A stretch of DNA of 64,000 nt from Atractiella rhizophila (lineage: Eukaryota): the NCBI GenBank assembly GCA_021432655.1, contig MU271199.1, positions 62,001 to 126,000 on the forward strand, in the 5' to 3' direction. Position 1 is the first letter of the stretch; each line of letters opens with the position of its first letter. The notes under the pieces were generated by a model. The model did no database searches, was not told the DNA's origin, and saw only the letters and a program-made list of their open reading frames with translations. The translations under genes were made by a program, and so were the position numbers. Shown here one piece after another: positions 41,662-63,330 of this stretch.

Positions 41662-44600
41662 ATGGCCATCCCACCTATTGCTGTAACGCTTGGACTAGCA
41701 GGTTCATCGGATTTTAGCGTTTCACAATGTGTAAGCCGACCTTTGTAACGGGTAAAACGGTGATTTTGATTGACCTTTTGTTAGGTGGACGCTGTTCTCA
41801 AGAATCAGGAGAAGATAGACGCTGAAGGTCCGTTGGTTTTGTAAGAGCGATGACATATCGACTGACAAGGCTCTCTCAGAATTCTTGACTTGGTCGGGAG
41901 ATGTGGGAGCACTCCAAAAGGACCTTCGACTGGTTTATGGCGACGCACTCGAAGCTCAACGAAAGGAGGATGAAGAAGAGGATGGGATTTGTGTGTCATT
42001 TGCTAGTACTCACCAGTAGTTACTCACGTCATGCCCTAGTCCTCGAAAAGGCCACTCAATACCAAGAGCTACACGAACAAGTTGTGGTGCGCCTCTTTCT
42101 TTCATGGCGAAGTCGAAAGCATAAACCCTGGTGCATAGTCAAGCCAACAGATGCTGGATGTACTCGAGGACTTTCTCTCTAGTTTCCAGAACGACCTCTC
42201 CAATGTTTCTTCGCACATCTCCGAACTCCAAAAACGTTCACAGCACATCGAGAACCAGCTAGGAAGTCGACGGGTCTGTTCTCCCTTCAATTCCGCCTTC
42301 TTCAATGCCCTTCGCTGATCTGGTTGTTCAGGCGGTGGAAGAGCAGCTTGGTCCTTTCCTCGCTGGGATCGTTATTTCTCCAGCATTGATTACGACCATA
42401 TTGGAAACTCAGCCAGGGGACGATTGGATACCTGTCATTGAAGAATTGGATTCCAAGCTCACTGCTATTCGCTCTGGAGCGAGGATATCTATCCGGAAAG
42501 AGCTGGATGAGGCAGCAGAAAAGGTCAGGTTAAAGGTGTGCTAGAATGCTATCTCTCCAACCGTCACGACACACTGAAGAGGCTCTGGGCAGGCATCAGA
42601 TTCTTTGAGAACCTTTCTCATCTCCCTCCTCGCTCCATTACGAGTCTCCACCTCCGTAAACGTACAGATCCATCAAGCCTCCATCCTTCTCAAATATCGT
42701 TCTTTCTTCGCATTTCTCCAGAGACACAGTGCTCGAATAGCGCACGAAGTGCAGAAGGCGTATATTGGAACGGTCAGGTGGTATTTCGAGACGAGCTTCA
42801 GGAGGTATGTGAGGGGATTGGAGAAGGTGAGGGTGAGGAGTATGGAAAAGCGGGAGTTGATTACCGGAAGCATTGGGGAGAGCGGTTAGTCTCTTTCCCT
42901 ACTCCGCAAGCCCATGTTGATGAATCAAAAGGCGGATTGTTGGCGAGGAAACCGACCATGGTCACGCAAGCGCAAGAGAACGATAAGTTGATAGAAGGAT
43001 ACCTCTCTCGTCGGGTCTTTTCGAAAGTGGATGGTGTGCCCGTCACACCTGCGTATCAAGGGGACGACGTGAACTTTGTAGGCTCATTTCCTTGACCCTC
43101 TTTCGCCTACGATGCTCAAGTAGTGAACAGAAACAACCATCCGAATCCCTCTTCCGATCCGTGTCTCTCGTCTTGGCCGATAACGCGACATCAGAATACG
43201 AATTCGTCACTTCTTTCTTCTCCAACCCCTCCGACCTCGATCTTCCCCAACGACGGCTCATTTCTTCCTCCCGCTCCAATTCATCGCTCGGTGTTCAAAC
43301 TGAAAACGGGGACGATGACGACGACGCCGCTTCGAGTGTAGGGGACGACCAGAGCGTTGTCAGTTCTTCGGAAAAAAAAAAAAACCAGGGGACGATTGGA
43401 TACCTGTCATTGAAGAATTGGATTCCAAGCTCACTGCTATTCGCTCTGGAGCGAGGATATCTATCCGGAAAGAGCTGGATGAGGCAGCAGAAAAGGTCAG
43501 GTTAAAGGTGAGCTCGAATTCTATCTCTCCAACCGTCACCGCACGCTGAAGAGGTTCTGGGGCAGGCATCAGATTCTTTGAGAACCTTTCTCATTTCCCT
43601 CCTCGCTCCACTACGTGTTTCCACCTCCGTAAACGTACAGATCCATCAAGCCTCCATCCTTCTCAAATATCGTTCTTTCTTCGCATTTCTCCAGAGACAC
43701 AGTGCTCGAATAGCGCACGAAGTGCAGAAGGCGTATATTGGAACGGTCAGGTGGTATTTCGAGACGAGCTTCAGGAGGTATGTGAGGGGATTGGAGAAGG
43801 TGAGGGTGAGGAGTATGGAAAAGCGGGAGTTGATTACCGGAAGCATTGGGGAGAGCGGTTAGTCTCTTTCCCTACTCCACCAGCCCAGCCCATGTTGATG
43901 ATTCAAAAGGCGGATTGTTGACGAGGAAACCGACAATGGTCATGCAAGCGGAAGAGAACGATAAGTTGATAGAAGCATACCTCTCCCGTCGGGTCTTTTC
44001 GAAAGTGGATGGTGTGCCCGTCACACCCGCGTATCAAGGGGACGACGTGAACTTTGTAGGCCCAGTTCCTTGACCCTCTTTCGCCTACGATGCTCAAGTA
44101 GTAAACAGAAACAACCATCCGAATCCCTCTTCCGATCCGTGTCTCTCGTCTTAGCCGACAACGCGACATCAGAATACGAATTTGTCACCTCTTTCTTCTC
44201 CAATCCCTCCGACCTCGACATTCCCCAACGACGGCTCATTTCTTCCTCCCGCTCCAATTCGTCGCTCGGTGTTCAAACAGAAAACGGGGACGACGACGAC
44301 GATGCCGCTTCCAGTGTAGGGGACGACCAGAGCGTTGTCAGTTCTTCGGATTGGACGAGGAATGGGAGCGTGATCAGTGGCAGTGACATGGCCGGAGCGG
44401 GAGGATTGGGGAGAGAGAGCAGAAAGGAGAGAAAGGAGAAACTCAGGAAGAGTATTGTGGAGAATGTGTGGAAGCAGATTATGGATCCGGCCATGGAGTA
44501 TGCCAGGGTTCGTCTTTCCTTTGACAACAAGGGTTTCAGACAGTGACGACGATCCTGCGAATAGAACTTTTGTGCGGCTTTAATCGAACCAAATGCACCG

Positions 44601-45299
44601 TCGCCAGTCTCCATATTGTGCATGATCAGGCTGAATGACGAGATTTACGAAGAGCTAATCGATGGTGGACGGTGCCCAGCAATGGAAAATTATCTTGTCA
44701 GCCTACGATTGAGGTTGTGGCCGCTGTTCCAAGTGCTCCTCCCCCTTTCAGCTGTAATCATGTTTATTGACATGCTTCAATGGGGATCAGAAAGAGATGA
44801 ATGCCGAGATTGATGCTGTCCGAAAGATCAATGGGAGCGTGCAGACGAGCGGTGGATTATTTGGCGGACGTAGCTCAACGGTGAACGTGAAGGAATCGCA
44901 GGTGCAACAGGTAACCATTTATCGGTATCCTTTTCAGATCTAATATACGAGAGTAGGTTTGCAGAAAATATGCAGCCATGTTCAATGCCATCATCGGCCT
45001 GAGCGAGGAGAAAGAAGACGACATGGTATTCTCCAGGTCGGCTTTCCCTTTCTTTCCTTGTACTACTTTGACATTGACGACCGTATAGTCTGCTACGACT
45101 GCGGATAGAAATCGAAAAGCTCCTCACGCTGCAATCGACAAAACAAACGGACGCCTCCGCCTATCTCGCGAGCTCGTACGAAGGTATGGTTGGTGCGCTG
45201 AGTGCGGGAGCTACGAGTCATCCGAAGAGCCAGAACGAGGTGTCGCATTGGAGAGAGAGGGGGCAGAGGGAAACGTTGAGGCGTAATGCTGCAATCTGA
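41662..45299 (+). CDS. VPS52: GARP complex subunit Vps52; internal ~960-bp segment duplicated
   Basis: LEDFLSSFQNDLSNVSSHISELQKRS, VQIHQASILLKY, AYIGTVRWYF, ESLFRSVSLVLADNATSEYEF and LRLRLWPLFQ. Confidence 0.88.
42413..44350. repeat. Adjacent duplication of ~960 bp (42413-43372 / 43385-44350) separated by poly-A
   Basis: Near-identical copies; the A-run spans 43372-43384. Confidence 0.92.
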
Positions 45300-45317
45300 T
45301 CTGTATTCCTCCTCCCC

Positions 45318-45372
45318 AAACCAAGAACAGTTTGCAAACCAATAACAGTTTGCAAACCAATGAACAGTTTGC
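45318..45372. repeat. 18-19-bp tandem repeat x3 (AAACCAA[G/T/TG]AACAGTTTGC) upstream of BSD2
   Basis: Seen directly in the sequence. Confidence 0.85.
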
Positions 45373-45489
45373 TGGCAAGACAATGATAACTTAATTAAGC
45401 TTCCGGACGGCGGCTATATGAGGCTGCGAATCTTGGCCGCTGCTTCGCAACACCTAACACTCGACGAATCCTTGCCACTGAGCGCAGAA

Positions 45490-47070
45490 ATGTTGAGCGC
45501 GCTCTCTTCCAAGCTCCCCTTCCGCCGCGATGGGGGTCAGTACCGGCGCCAGCCGATCCAGATGACAGACGACGCCGAGCTCGAGGCAGCCTTCGACGAC
45601 GAGCACGAGCATGGCGACGACCACGACGATCCGCTCGACACGCGGGTCGGAGAGCATCTCATCATCAACGTCGGGGAACACGAAGCGGACCCCCTCTCGC
45701 TCGACGCTTCCACCATCAACAATCGCCATGCTGGCACCTCCGCTCGGGGAGAAGTGGCCACCAATTCCATACCTGGTGCTTACGACTTCGAACCGCCCGT
45801 CCAAATGCCTACATCTACCAGTGCGAGGGCGTCGTTCAGGGACCGCTTCAGACTCCCATTTGCAAGGAATGGCAGCCGAGGGTATAGCAGGTTGGAGACG
45901 AGAGAGCCGGGAAGTGAGGGACGCCCGCTGGGCGGTGGACAGCAGAATGATGGCGTGTTTGGGAACCTTATGGCGAAGCCGGAGGGTGTGAGGAGGGCGG
46001 ATGGGACGGTCGATTATGTGGGTGGTGACGATGAGGACAGAAAGGAGGAGGTGCTGCCAGTACGTCATGTTCCTTGTTTAGCGATTGAATGGAAGGTGGT
46101 ATTATATCTAAGAAGCATGAATATGCATTTGCAAACGCCTTCATAATATAATAAATAAAGGGGTGGCGCTGACAGTTGTGTGGTTGTTGTGACAGTCTTA
46201 CGACAACGCACTTGCCGACTCCAGTCCTCCTTACTGGGAAACTACCGTGATAGCCCCTTCTGGTTACCTAGGACCCGACGACACTCTTGTTGAAGGACTG
46301 CCGGTGGGCAACGTATTTGGCTTTGCCTGGAATCTCCTCGTCTCCATGTCCTTCCAATTCGTCGGTACATTTCCCCCCTCTCTAATCTCCGCTTGCTCCA
46401 ACTAATTCTTCCGTGATCTCATCCAGGTTTCCTCCTCACCTACCTCCTCCATACCACCCACGCTGCAAAGAACGGCTCCCGCGCAGGCTTAGGCGTGACA
46501 TTGATTCAATACGGCTTCTACATCCGCCAACGGACGGACGAAGCCGATGCCCTCATGCTCAACCCCCCTCCCGCGACAACAGGCGACGTAGGTTCCGACG
46601 CGCTCTGGTACTGGGGCCAACCCGTCTCCCCCATCGACGTCGACTCCGACCCGAACGTGAACGTAAACGCAGACGGCGCCCCCTCCGTTTCGGCGACCGC
46701 GACAGCCACGCTCAAATTACTCCCTTCCCTCTTCGCGGGCGTGATGCCGACCCAGGCGGCGCATGAGGATTCTGCGTCGGCGGCGTTGGCGGCGAGTAGC
46801 AGTGAGGAGGAGCTCGAGTTTTTGGAGGAGAGGATGCGATACGGTTCTTTCGTCAACGAGTGGCTCTCCTTTGTTCTCATGCTCTTCGGATGGTTGATGC
46901 TCGTCACCGCCGTCGTCAATTATCTCAAGGCGGTGCGGTATGCGAGAGCATTGAGAGCTGGAGGACAGGAAGGAGCGGCTGCCAGTCAGGCTGTTCAGGT
47001 GCGTCTACCTTCCTGTTTTGTCGAAAAAAGGAAGGATGCTGAGAATTTGGGGTAGGCAATGTTGGATTAA
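45490..47070 (+). CDS. BSD2: Metal homeostasis protein Bsd2-like (Rsp5 adaptor, DUF2370)
   Basis: NDGVFGNLMAKP, PSY..PPYWETT, GLPVG, VSMSFQFVGFLLTYLLHTTHAAKNGSRAGLGVTLIQYG. Confidence 0.9.
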
Positions 47071-47909
47071 CTTATCGGTTTGATAGACGGTCTACACAGT
47101 GGTTGATTCGGTTAGGGACTATGATATCTGGTTGCTTGACATTCTTCAACGCCGCCATCGTCGCCTTCCTCCTCCTTCCTTCAGCCAGCGGTCATGGTGA
47201 GGAGGACTTGTATACTATAATGTGCATTACATTCATCTCTGCCTGAATTCATTGCGTCGTTCCCTCAGTCAAGCACACACCAGACTCCAAATTTGCTATA
47301 GTTGCTGTGCCTGAAGACTGAAGACACTCTCACTACCTCGAAACTCTCGTGAAACATCCGCCTTCTGCCCAAACAACCACAAAGTCAAGACAAAGCCTCC
47401 AAACTGAGAAGGCTCGCTCCTTGACCTCATCGCTTCCAGCCACTTCTACTCAAAGCTTGCCTCAAGCTTGAAAACATCCTAACCAAACCACACTCTCTTT
47501 TCATTTCTCGCTCGTCTTATAACTTATATAGGAACCCAGAGGTCTGGGTCGCTGCGAGATTGAATTCGCCCAAAGAACGATCGTCGAAATTGGGGATTTT
47601 CGTCCTCCGTCTTTCCTGTATTCACACTCAAGTTGGAGCGATGCTCAGCTCTGGCGCTTAGGCCGCGAAGATTGTAATCGCTCATGAAAGAGCAACGAGT
47701 GTACCAGATCATCGTCCGTCAAACACTTTCAAGTTGAAAGCCCCTTTCTTGTCCTTGCTTTCAAGTGGAGTGAACTGTACATCATACTATCGTTTCGCAT
47801 CTTTCGAATTGTGTACGCTGTCAGGAATTCTTTTATATGTGCTCAGGTTTTTGACTGAAGACTGATGCTGATGATGGCGGTTTGGATAGGTATCATCTAA
47901 TTCTTCACG

Positions 47910-49606
47910 ATGCCAGACTCTCAAGTGAGGGGCAACCGAATACCACAAGAGAAAAGGGATCTGACCGTCGCCCTTCTTCTTAACGGGAAGGCGCCAAGGC
48001 ATGTAGCAAAGGAGACCGGAATCAGTTTGAGAACTGTTCAGAGGATCAATAAGAGCATTACAGAGGAGGAAGCAGTGGAAAGAACTGTAAAAGTAAGTCT
48101 CTGTTTCATTATAAGGGATCAGGGCAGTGTTACTGGCTTGGTTCTTTTTCTACGTCCTCCTGACTCTGTCCAATTAAATTACCACGGCATTGTTTCGCTC
48201 CATTGTTGCAACATTGCAAACAACGCCAATCCCACCAATGAAATGGGCCGTGCGCGTCAAGCTTATGTGTCTCCCTTGTTGATGTTTATCTTGAGTCACT
48301 CGTTTATCCCAATAAAAAGCAGCGGCTCCGTTGTTTTCTTCTTCTTCTACCACCAACACCATTCCCAAAAGCTACTTATTTCGTAAGCGGTAAGACTTTT
48401 GTAAACGCTACCTAATGGACAATCGTTAATCAACGCTCGCTCTGCAGAATGTTGACCTGTTTGGCGGTCGTGAGTTTTCCCTTGTTGCACCTTTGTTGCT
48501 GTTTGAGCCCCCTTTGAAGGGGATCTATTGCTTGACCCTTCTACTTTGGTCAGTACTAACGAACTGTCATCCAGAACCCCGACTCGCCTCCAACTGGGAG
48601 GAAATTGAAGCGACCTCGGAAGGTACCAGTGCCAGTGCGAGCAATACACGGGAGGGTTACCAGGAATAATCCCAAGCCTCTCACATCCAACAACAATATC
48701 GACAACAACACGATCGATCCAGACAACGCGCTGCCGGACGAGGATATCGATTTACCCGATTGGTCTGGCTATCGAACGCCCCCACTTCAGACACCCCCTC
48801 ACTGGAACCTCACCGCTCAACCCCCACCAGCTCCAAAGCAAACCAACATTGCGCGCTGGGTCCTCACCACTCCTCCGTCAAAGCTGTGCCTCCTCAGCCC
48901 ACCTCGATCGACGGAACGCACTTCACGCCAGGTCTCGAACATTGGTTCTAGCGGTTCAAGGGCGAATAAAGTTCGCACTCCCGGTTTGCATGCTCGAGAT
49001 TCTGCAAGGGACATCTTTCGGTCCCCTTCGCAGCTTACTATGCGTGCTCCACGATCTCAACCGCACACGCCTTTGCGCACCGAACCCATTCAGCCACCAG
49101 CCACGGGGCCCGTTACAAGGCGAAAACAAGACCTTACAGGCGTGCCTCTGGATCGCCTCCTGCTTACGGAACATTCTAGAGTGCGAACTCGTCTCGCTTC
49201 GCCGTTCGATCTCAGCAAAACAAAGTCGATTAGAGTCAAGAGGGAGATCGCATGGGAACATGTAGTCTTGCCTAGCCCATTCCTCACGGAATCGCCACTC
49301 GTCTCCATCGGCGACACTCCAACACTGAAGCCCATCGAAAGTGTAACGGCACTCGTTGATACGCTCGGATTCGGTCCCCACGTGCTACAGTATTTGCAAG
49401 AGAAAGGAGTCCGCTCTGAAGACAACTTCGACACGCTTATTTCTATGGACTTGCAAAGCCAGAGAGAATTCTTCTTTGGCACTGGATCACTGCCGGGACT
49501 GACAGACCTGGAAAAACAAGCCCTTCTGGATCGACTGAAGTGGGAAAAGCAGAGGAGACTACAGATCAGAGGACGCAACAATCTCGACGCGATTTTGGTT
49601 GATTGA
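47910..49606 (+). CDS. Hypothetical protein: N-terminal helix-turn-helix, disordered middle, C-terminal helical (SAM-like?) domain
   Basis: Exon 47910-48092 (GKAPRHVAKETGISLRTVQRI) joins in phase via GTAAGT..TACTAAC..CAG (48093-48574) to the 333-aa ORF. Confidence 0.55.
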
Positions 49607-50501
49607 TTTTGACTTTCCTATTTCCACCTCGTCACCTGACAATAGCAACGGTTCATTATCAGCTCTTCCCCCCATTGACCTGTTTCTTAACGACTACTCT
49701 TGAATGCTTTTCTTGCCTTGCACTTTAGCTGCTCACAAATGCCCTAAGCCGTCTTCGTTTCTGTCAATTCTATGTCTCTCACTCATTGTAGTTGCAAAAA
49801 TGCAATTGGATTTTCTTTTCTGATTATGGGTACCATGATCGCGAAATCTTCGTCTCGGAGTACATTAGCATACAAAAGTATAAACATTTTATGGGGACAT
49901 TGAACGAAGAACAAATGGATCGCGTGAGGAAAGGTGAAGAATGTCTCAAGCAAATGCATCCTGATTATCAGTCTCGTCCTGTGCTCCTTCAGACGCCACG
50001 AAAGCCGCAAAGCTAGGATACCGAGCTCAGTTTAAACTGAATAGCACAGAAGAGAACAACGTACTGGTTGGGTCGATGCAATGGGTCCCAGAATTGTAAT
50101 GGCGAGCCAGTCAAGGTCACAGCATACGACATGGATTGTGTAAATTGAGCACCAAGGCCGATAGAGTACTATCAGGTTGTCTGTCAGTTCGATGAAGCAT
50201 GATGAAAGGGATAACGAACATTCCAGACACCGCCCATTGGCGCAAATGTCGATCCTAGAATCCTATCACTGAGCAATAATTGCGCTCTCTCACTCATCGA
50301 TGCAGGATCTTCGTTTCTGTCAATTCTATGTCTCTCACTCATTGTAGTTGCAAAAATGCAATTGGATTTTCTTTTCTGATTATGGGTACCATGATCGCTA
50401 TATCTTCGTCTCGGAGTACATTAGCATACAAAAGTATAAACATTTTATGGGGACATTGAACGAAGCACAAACGGATCGCGTGAGGAAAGGTGAAGAATAT
50501 C

Positions 50502-58943
<8,442 letters not shown>

Positions 58944-59796
58944 CGTTGATTCACGAGAGACGTCGAAGTCGAGTGCAATGGAGGTTGGTGGCAAAAAGAG
59001 AGTGGTCCCTTAGGGGTTAGTTGGTCCTTCCAAGTTTGGATTGAGGTTGCCTGGGTTGCTTGCTTTGCTTTTGGACCTTTCTGTTGGGCATGTCGAGAAA
59101 TGGATGTGTTATGGGAGACTGTGGTCTGAGATAACGAAAGAAACTTTGGACGGAAGGAGGAGTCGATGACTTAAACGCCAGGTGAGGCTTCGACTGGGGT
59201 GTACACGACTGCTTCTAGCATAGCTCCCTTTTAAATTTCTCTTCAAATTACCTTGTTCCAGCCTGTGAGAAACATGATTAGCTATCATGACTAGATTACA
59301 TCTGAGAACGGCTGCTGGAGCAGCAACTTGCCAATTAAACACCATTCCCAAAAGCGCTATTTTGTTCTTGAGCGTTTTTTTTCATATCTATGCAAGCTTT
59401 CGAACACTTCAAGTATAGGAGCCTGCTCATCTGTAACAGGCAGATGGCGGTATCCCACTTTTTGACATTTGAACGCATTAACTCAAAACGTTTCTCGTGT
59501 GAGGGATGCCTCTGCAAAATTTGCCTATTGTGTGCAAGATTGATAAATGTGCCTCTAGGTTATTGCAAACAGAAGTTGTGCACGTAAAGTATTGTGTATC
59601 ATGACAGACGATGGACTCGGCACCGTTGTCGCGACAAGTCGTACCTTCCTACACCGGCTTGCTACTCCAACATGAGATGCTCACAAAACCTTTCTTAATT
59701 GACACTAACTATCAGCACCAGAAGAATCGCGTCAGTGTTTGTTATGAAATAATCTAGAGATGACCTTAGTCGTTATTTTATTGCCTGACTGATTTA

Positions 59797-61180
59797 CTAC
59801 TGTTTGGATCCTGAGAGCACAAGCCCCGTCGCGTGAAAGTTTGAGTGCATAGATCTCCAAATCGCAGCCATGTCGTGTTCATTCCACTCACTTCCAGAAC
59901 GCGATAAGATAGAGGTCTCTCTCTCAGGGTCATGTCCAATGCGATGTTCCACAGCCACAAATGAGAAACGTTGCAAATAAGTTGTTCTCTCTTTTAGATG
60001 TAGATTTGAGTTGAGCAAAGGAGTGAAAAGGGATGAGAGCCTAGGTATTGTTGATTTTTAACCCGTGATCTCTTGTGCTACGATGAAAAAAATTATCACA
60101 AACATGTTGACCGGATTAATCAATTGAGTCGTTCACATCAAGGTATTAGCAAGAAAATGTGCAACATTAGTATCGATCCCTCTCATGCAGGGTGCCTCTA
60201 CGCCTTTCTTCTCATCAGCATCCTTCTCTAACCTTTTATCACCCCTCGTTCTTCTTTTTCGGTCCTTCCGAATCAAGGGTTGATGGGGGACAATCTGTGG
60301 AATGATTGTCTCCATAGGCGCCATTTTCTTGTCTCTCTCCGCCGCCGCATCTGTCATTTCAAACTCGTCCTCCTCCCACATCGTCCGAGCAGCGTCAACG
60401 GTTTCCCATATCTGGCTCTCCACAGTTTGGAGCTGTTCATGAGAGTCTTTCGGGAGGCACACCTTGTCCAACGGATCCTCGAATAAAGGAGAGATACTCT
60501 CTTCCCAGAACTCGCCCCAAGGAACATTGTCTCTCCCAAACTAATCGATGCTATCACCTCAGTTTCTGAAGAGGTAGACTTTTGTTGTGGCTGGATGCCT
60601 TCGGAATACGAGGCGCTCAGACAAGGTGGGGGATATCGCGATGGTCTAATTGGCCAGTTCATTGTAACTAGTGGTATGACGTGGAGGGAACTCTTGATTC
60701 GCGATTCAGCTCGTAAAACGCTATACAGCTCTTGCTCAGCCTTCAAATCCTTTTCGTACCATTCGATAGTAGGACTCGATGGCATAAACCTCGGTTCGAC
60801 GGGGTGCCGATAATAAGGGACCGAAAAGGGAGAAAATGGCGAGAAGCGAAGGTAGGTGGCAGTTCGGACCAGCGCAGATGCAGACGTCTAACTTGAGGAG
60901 GATGGCGAGCAAACGTCGGGAGCTTTCTCAGGTGTGCCAGAAAGCGGTCTATTTTGATTGGTCGGATAATCCGTATCGAACTACTCGAATGTTCAACTGA
61001 GGCTTGGTCGTCTGCCACTTCTTGAATTTTAGGTGGCGACATTGCGGCCATTTCCAGAGAACGATTCACCCCTGATTGTTCCGCCACCCAAGCCCTCGTT
61101 CGTTGATACGACGTATGACCAGAGGAGAGGATCTGAGTCGAATTGCAGGGGTCTTGACAGGCAGGTGGGTGCGTACTCAT
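59797..61180 (-). CDS. Hypothetical multi-exon protein; exon structure uncertain
   Basis: Chain of same-strand ORFs 60743-61180, 60354-60785, 60133-60471 and 59797-60018; the 3' part is conserved in a second copy at 63331-64000. Confidence 0.4.
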
Positions 61181-62043
61181 CCTGACCCGTTTGGTTCAAC
61201 TACCTATCTTTGAGAGGAGTGTAGGCGAGGCCAGCAGGGAATGTTAAACCCAGTTAACTAGATTCGGCCTGAGTTAAGGGTGGTATGAGCGGTGTTTTGG
61301 ACAGTTTGAAAGGGGTTAGGTAGGGAGTCTGAATGGAGGGACTGCAACGGACTCGAAGAATCGAAAAGAGGCCGTTTCTACAACAGCTAGAAGATTATGA
61401 CCAAAACCAGGATTCGAAGTCCCTTTTCCGCTTTTCTCATCTCAAAGCGAAATGCGGGAAGCAGCAAGCGCTGACAGAGTCCCATAGTGACCCTTATCGA
61501 AACTGAAGCTCCTTTTTCTTGGCAACATCGTAAAAAAGATGACAGTTGATACCAGAACGGTGGAAAGAGAGTACAAATCTCAAACAGTGACAGGGAGCTT
61601 GTACGGCGAAATGCTTTCATTCATTCTCCTTCGACCATCGGCCGCAAATGTCTAGGGTCAGCCTTTATCAAACAGAGCGTTGCTCGTGGATGTAGACTGC
61701 ACTTGTGAACAATACGTTCAACTGGATTGGAGTCCGACAAAGGACTTGCTGCTTGGAAGTCATGGAGAAAGTGGAGTCAAACAGCATGACGTAGTTTAGA
61801 TCTGGTTTTATTCACCACTTCTCTTTGATCAACTGCAGTGATAAAACGGCCAGCAATGTTGGGTGAAGGTTAGGAACTACGGCGAGCTAGGATACCTGCA
61901 CCAATCAACACAGCTCAAGCTGTGTGAAATCAAGCCAAGGCACTTATCCTGGGGACTGAGGTGAAACATGGGCATGGCATAGCTTGATGGTTATCGAACA
62001 TGGATCAAAATCGTGCAGAAACTGAGAATCGAAAGTAGATCGC

Positions 62044-62887
62044 CTAATAACCGTAAACCGCAAGCTTCTCTGAGACCTCGTTCGAGCTTGGTGCACTGGC
62101 AAGAGCAGCTTTTCGGGCCTTAAGGGATGTGAGCTATAGTAGCAAGCATTAGGAGTGTTTCCTTGACAAATCGTGAAATTGCTTTACCTTGCGCTGGTGG
62201 AATGCTGCAGCCTTGACCTTTCGCTTCTCCTCAAGACGGTCGACAACATCCTTGTATCCCCATCCGACCTCGTGTGACAGGCGCTAATTTAAGTGCGACC
62301 AATCACTACATATTCCACATAGCCAGAATTAAAGGTTACGCACCTTGAGAGTGCAGAACTTCCTCCCCGGCTTCAACCTGAGAACTCTAAGAGCCTGGGG
62401 TACAACCACCTTCTTCTTCCTGTCGTACGGAGGGGGAACTCCTTCGAAGAACTTGACCCTCTTGAGGGCAGCGGTACCACGAGCGGTCTTGTGAGGAACC
62501 ATTCCACGGATAGTGCGGAAGAGGATTTTGGAAGGAGCACGGTGGTGGAATGGACCGCTTTTCTTGGGGTTGACGATATGGCGCTTGTGAAGGAAATCGT
62601 GATACTTAAGCTGCACATATCATGAGTACACTTCTCGATGCCATAACCTCTGAGATATAGCTGCAAAACAGCGCACCTTGTTCCTGAAGAAGCTGCCGCT
62701 CATGTTAATCTCCTCACATCGGACGACGACGACCTTTTGTCCATTGAGAGCCTGCTTAGCGATAATGGAACTTTCCCAAACTACATTCAACACATTTTCA
62801 CACCCAAGCAAATGCTCTTTACCTGAGCCGACCGAGAAGGTGTCCCTTGCCATCGATTACGATGGGCGTGCTGCTGATGGTCGCCAT
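62044..62887 (-). CDS. RPL16: 60S ribosomal protein uL13 (L16/L13a)
   Basis: [57 protein letters not shown] and LSHEVGW. Confidence 0.97.
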
Positions 62888-63330
62888 AGGGAAAAAGACT
62901 GTGGAGAGTCGTTAGACAGAATGGGAGAGTTTGGGAGCGCTAACCTGTTTGCTATGAGCTAAGCACAGAGGAGGAGAACAAACGTTACCTTTTGTCAGTA
63001 CTTACGGTCAGAAAGCCAAAAAAAAAGTTGGTCTTCAATCAATTTCGCTTGATCAGGAAAGTGCGCGATTGTCATCAAGAGTCATCGCGACCATTTGAGC
63101 AAGGATGGCATTTAACACCGTCAAAAAAGAGCCTCTTGCTCGTAGCTCTACTGCTGAACTAAAAGACGTGTTTCCTATGAAGTAATTGTTGAATGGATAA
63201 TTGAGACCCTTAATGAGGTATTCCGGGTATACCAAACCCCTGACAATCCGAGGTAGGCACAAAATTACGCGATGTTAAAGATCTATGTAAAATTTCGACC
63301 TTACGTGTTAAGTTTCTGGGTATCACATAG

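Noticed and set aside
45318..45372. CRISPR-like array
   Set aside because: Contiguous repeats with no spacers, no cas genes, and a eukaryotic context.
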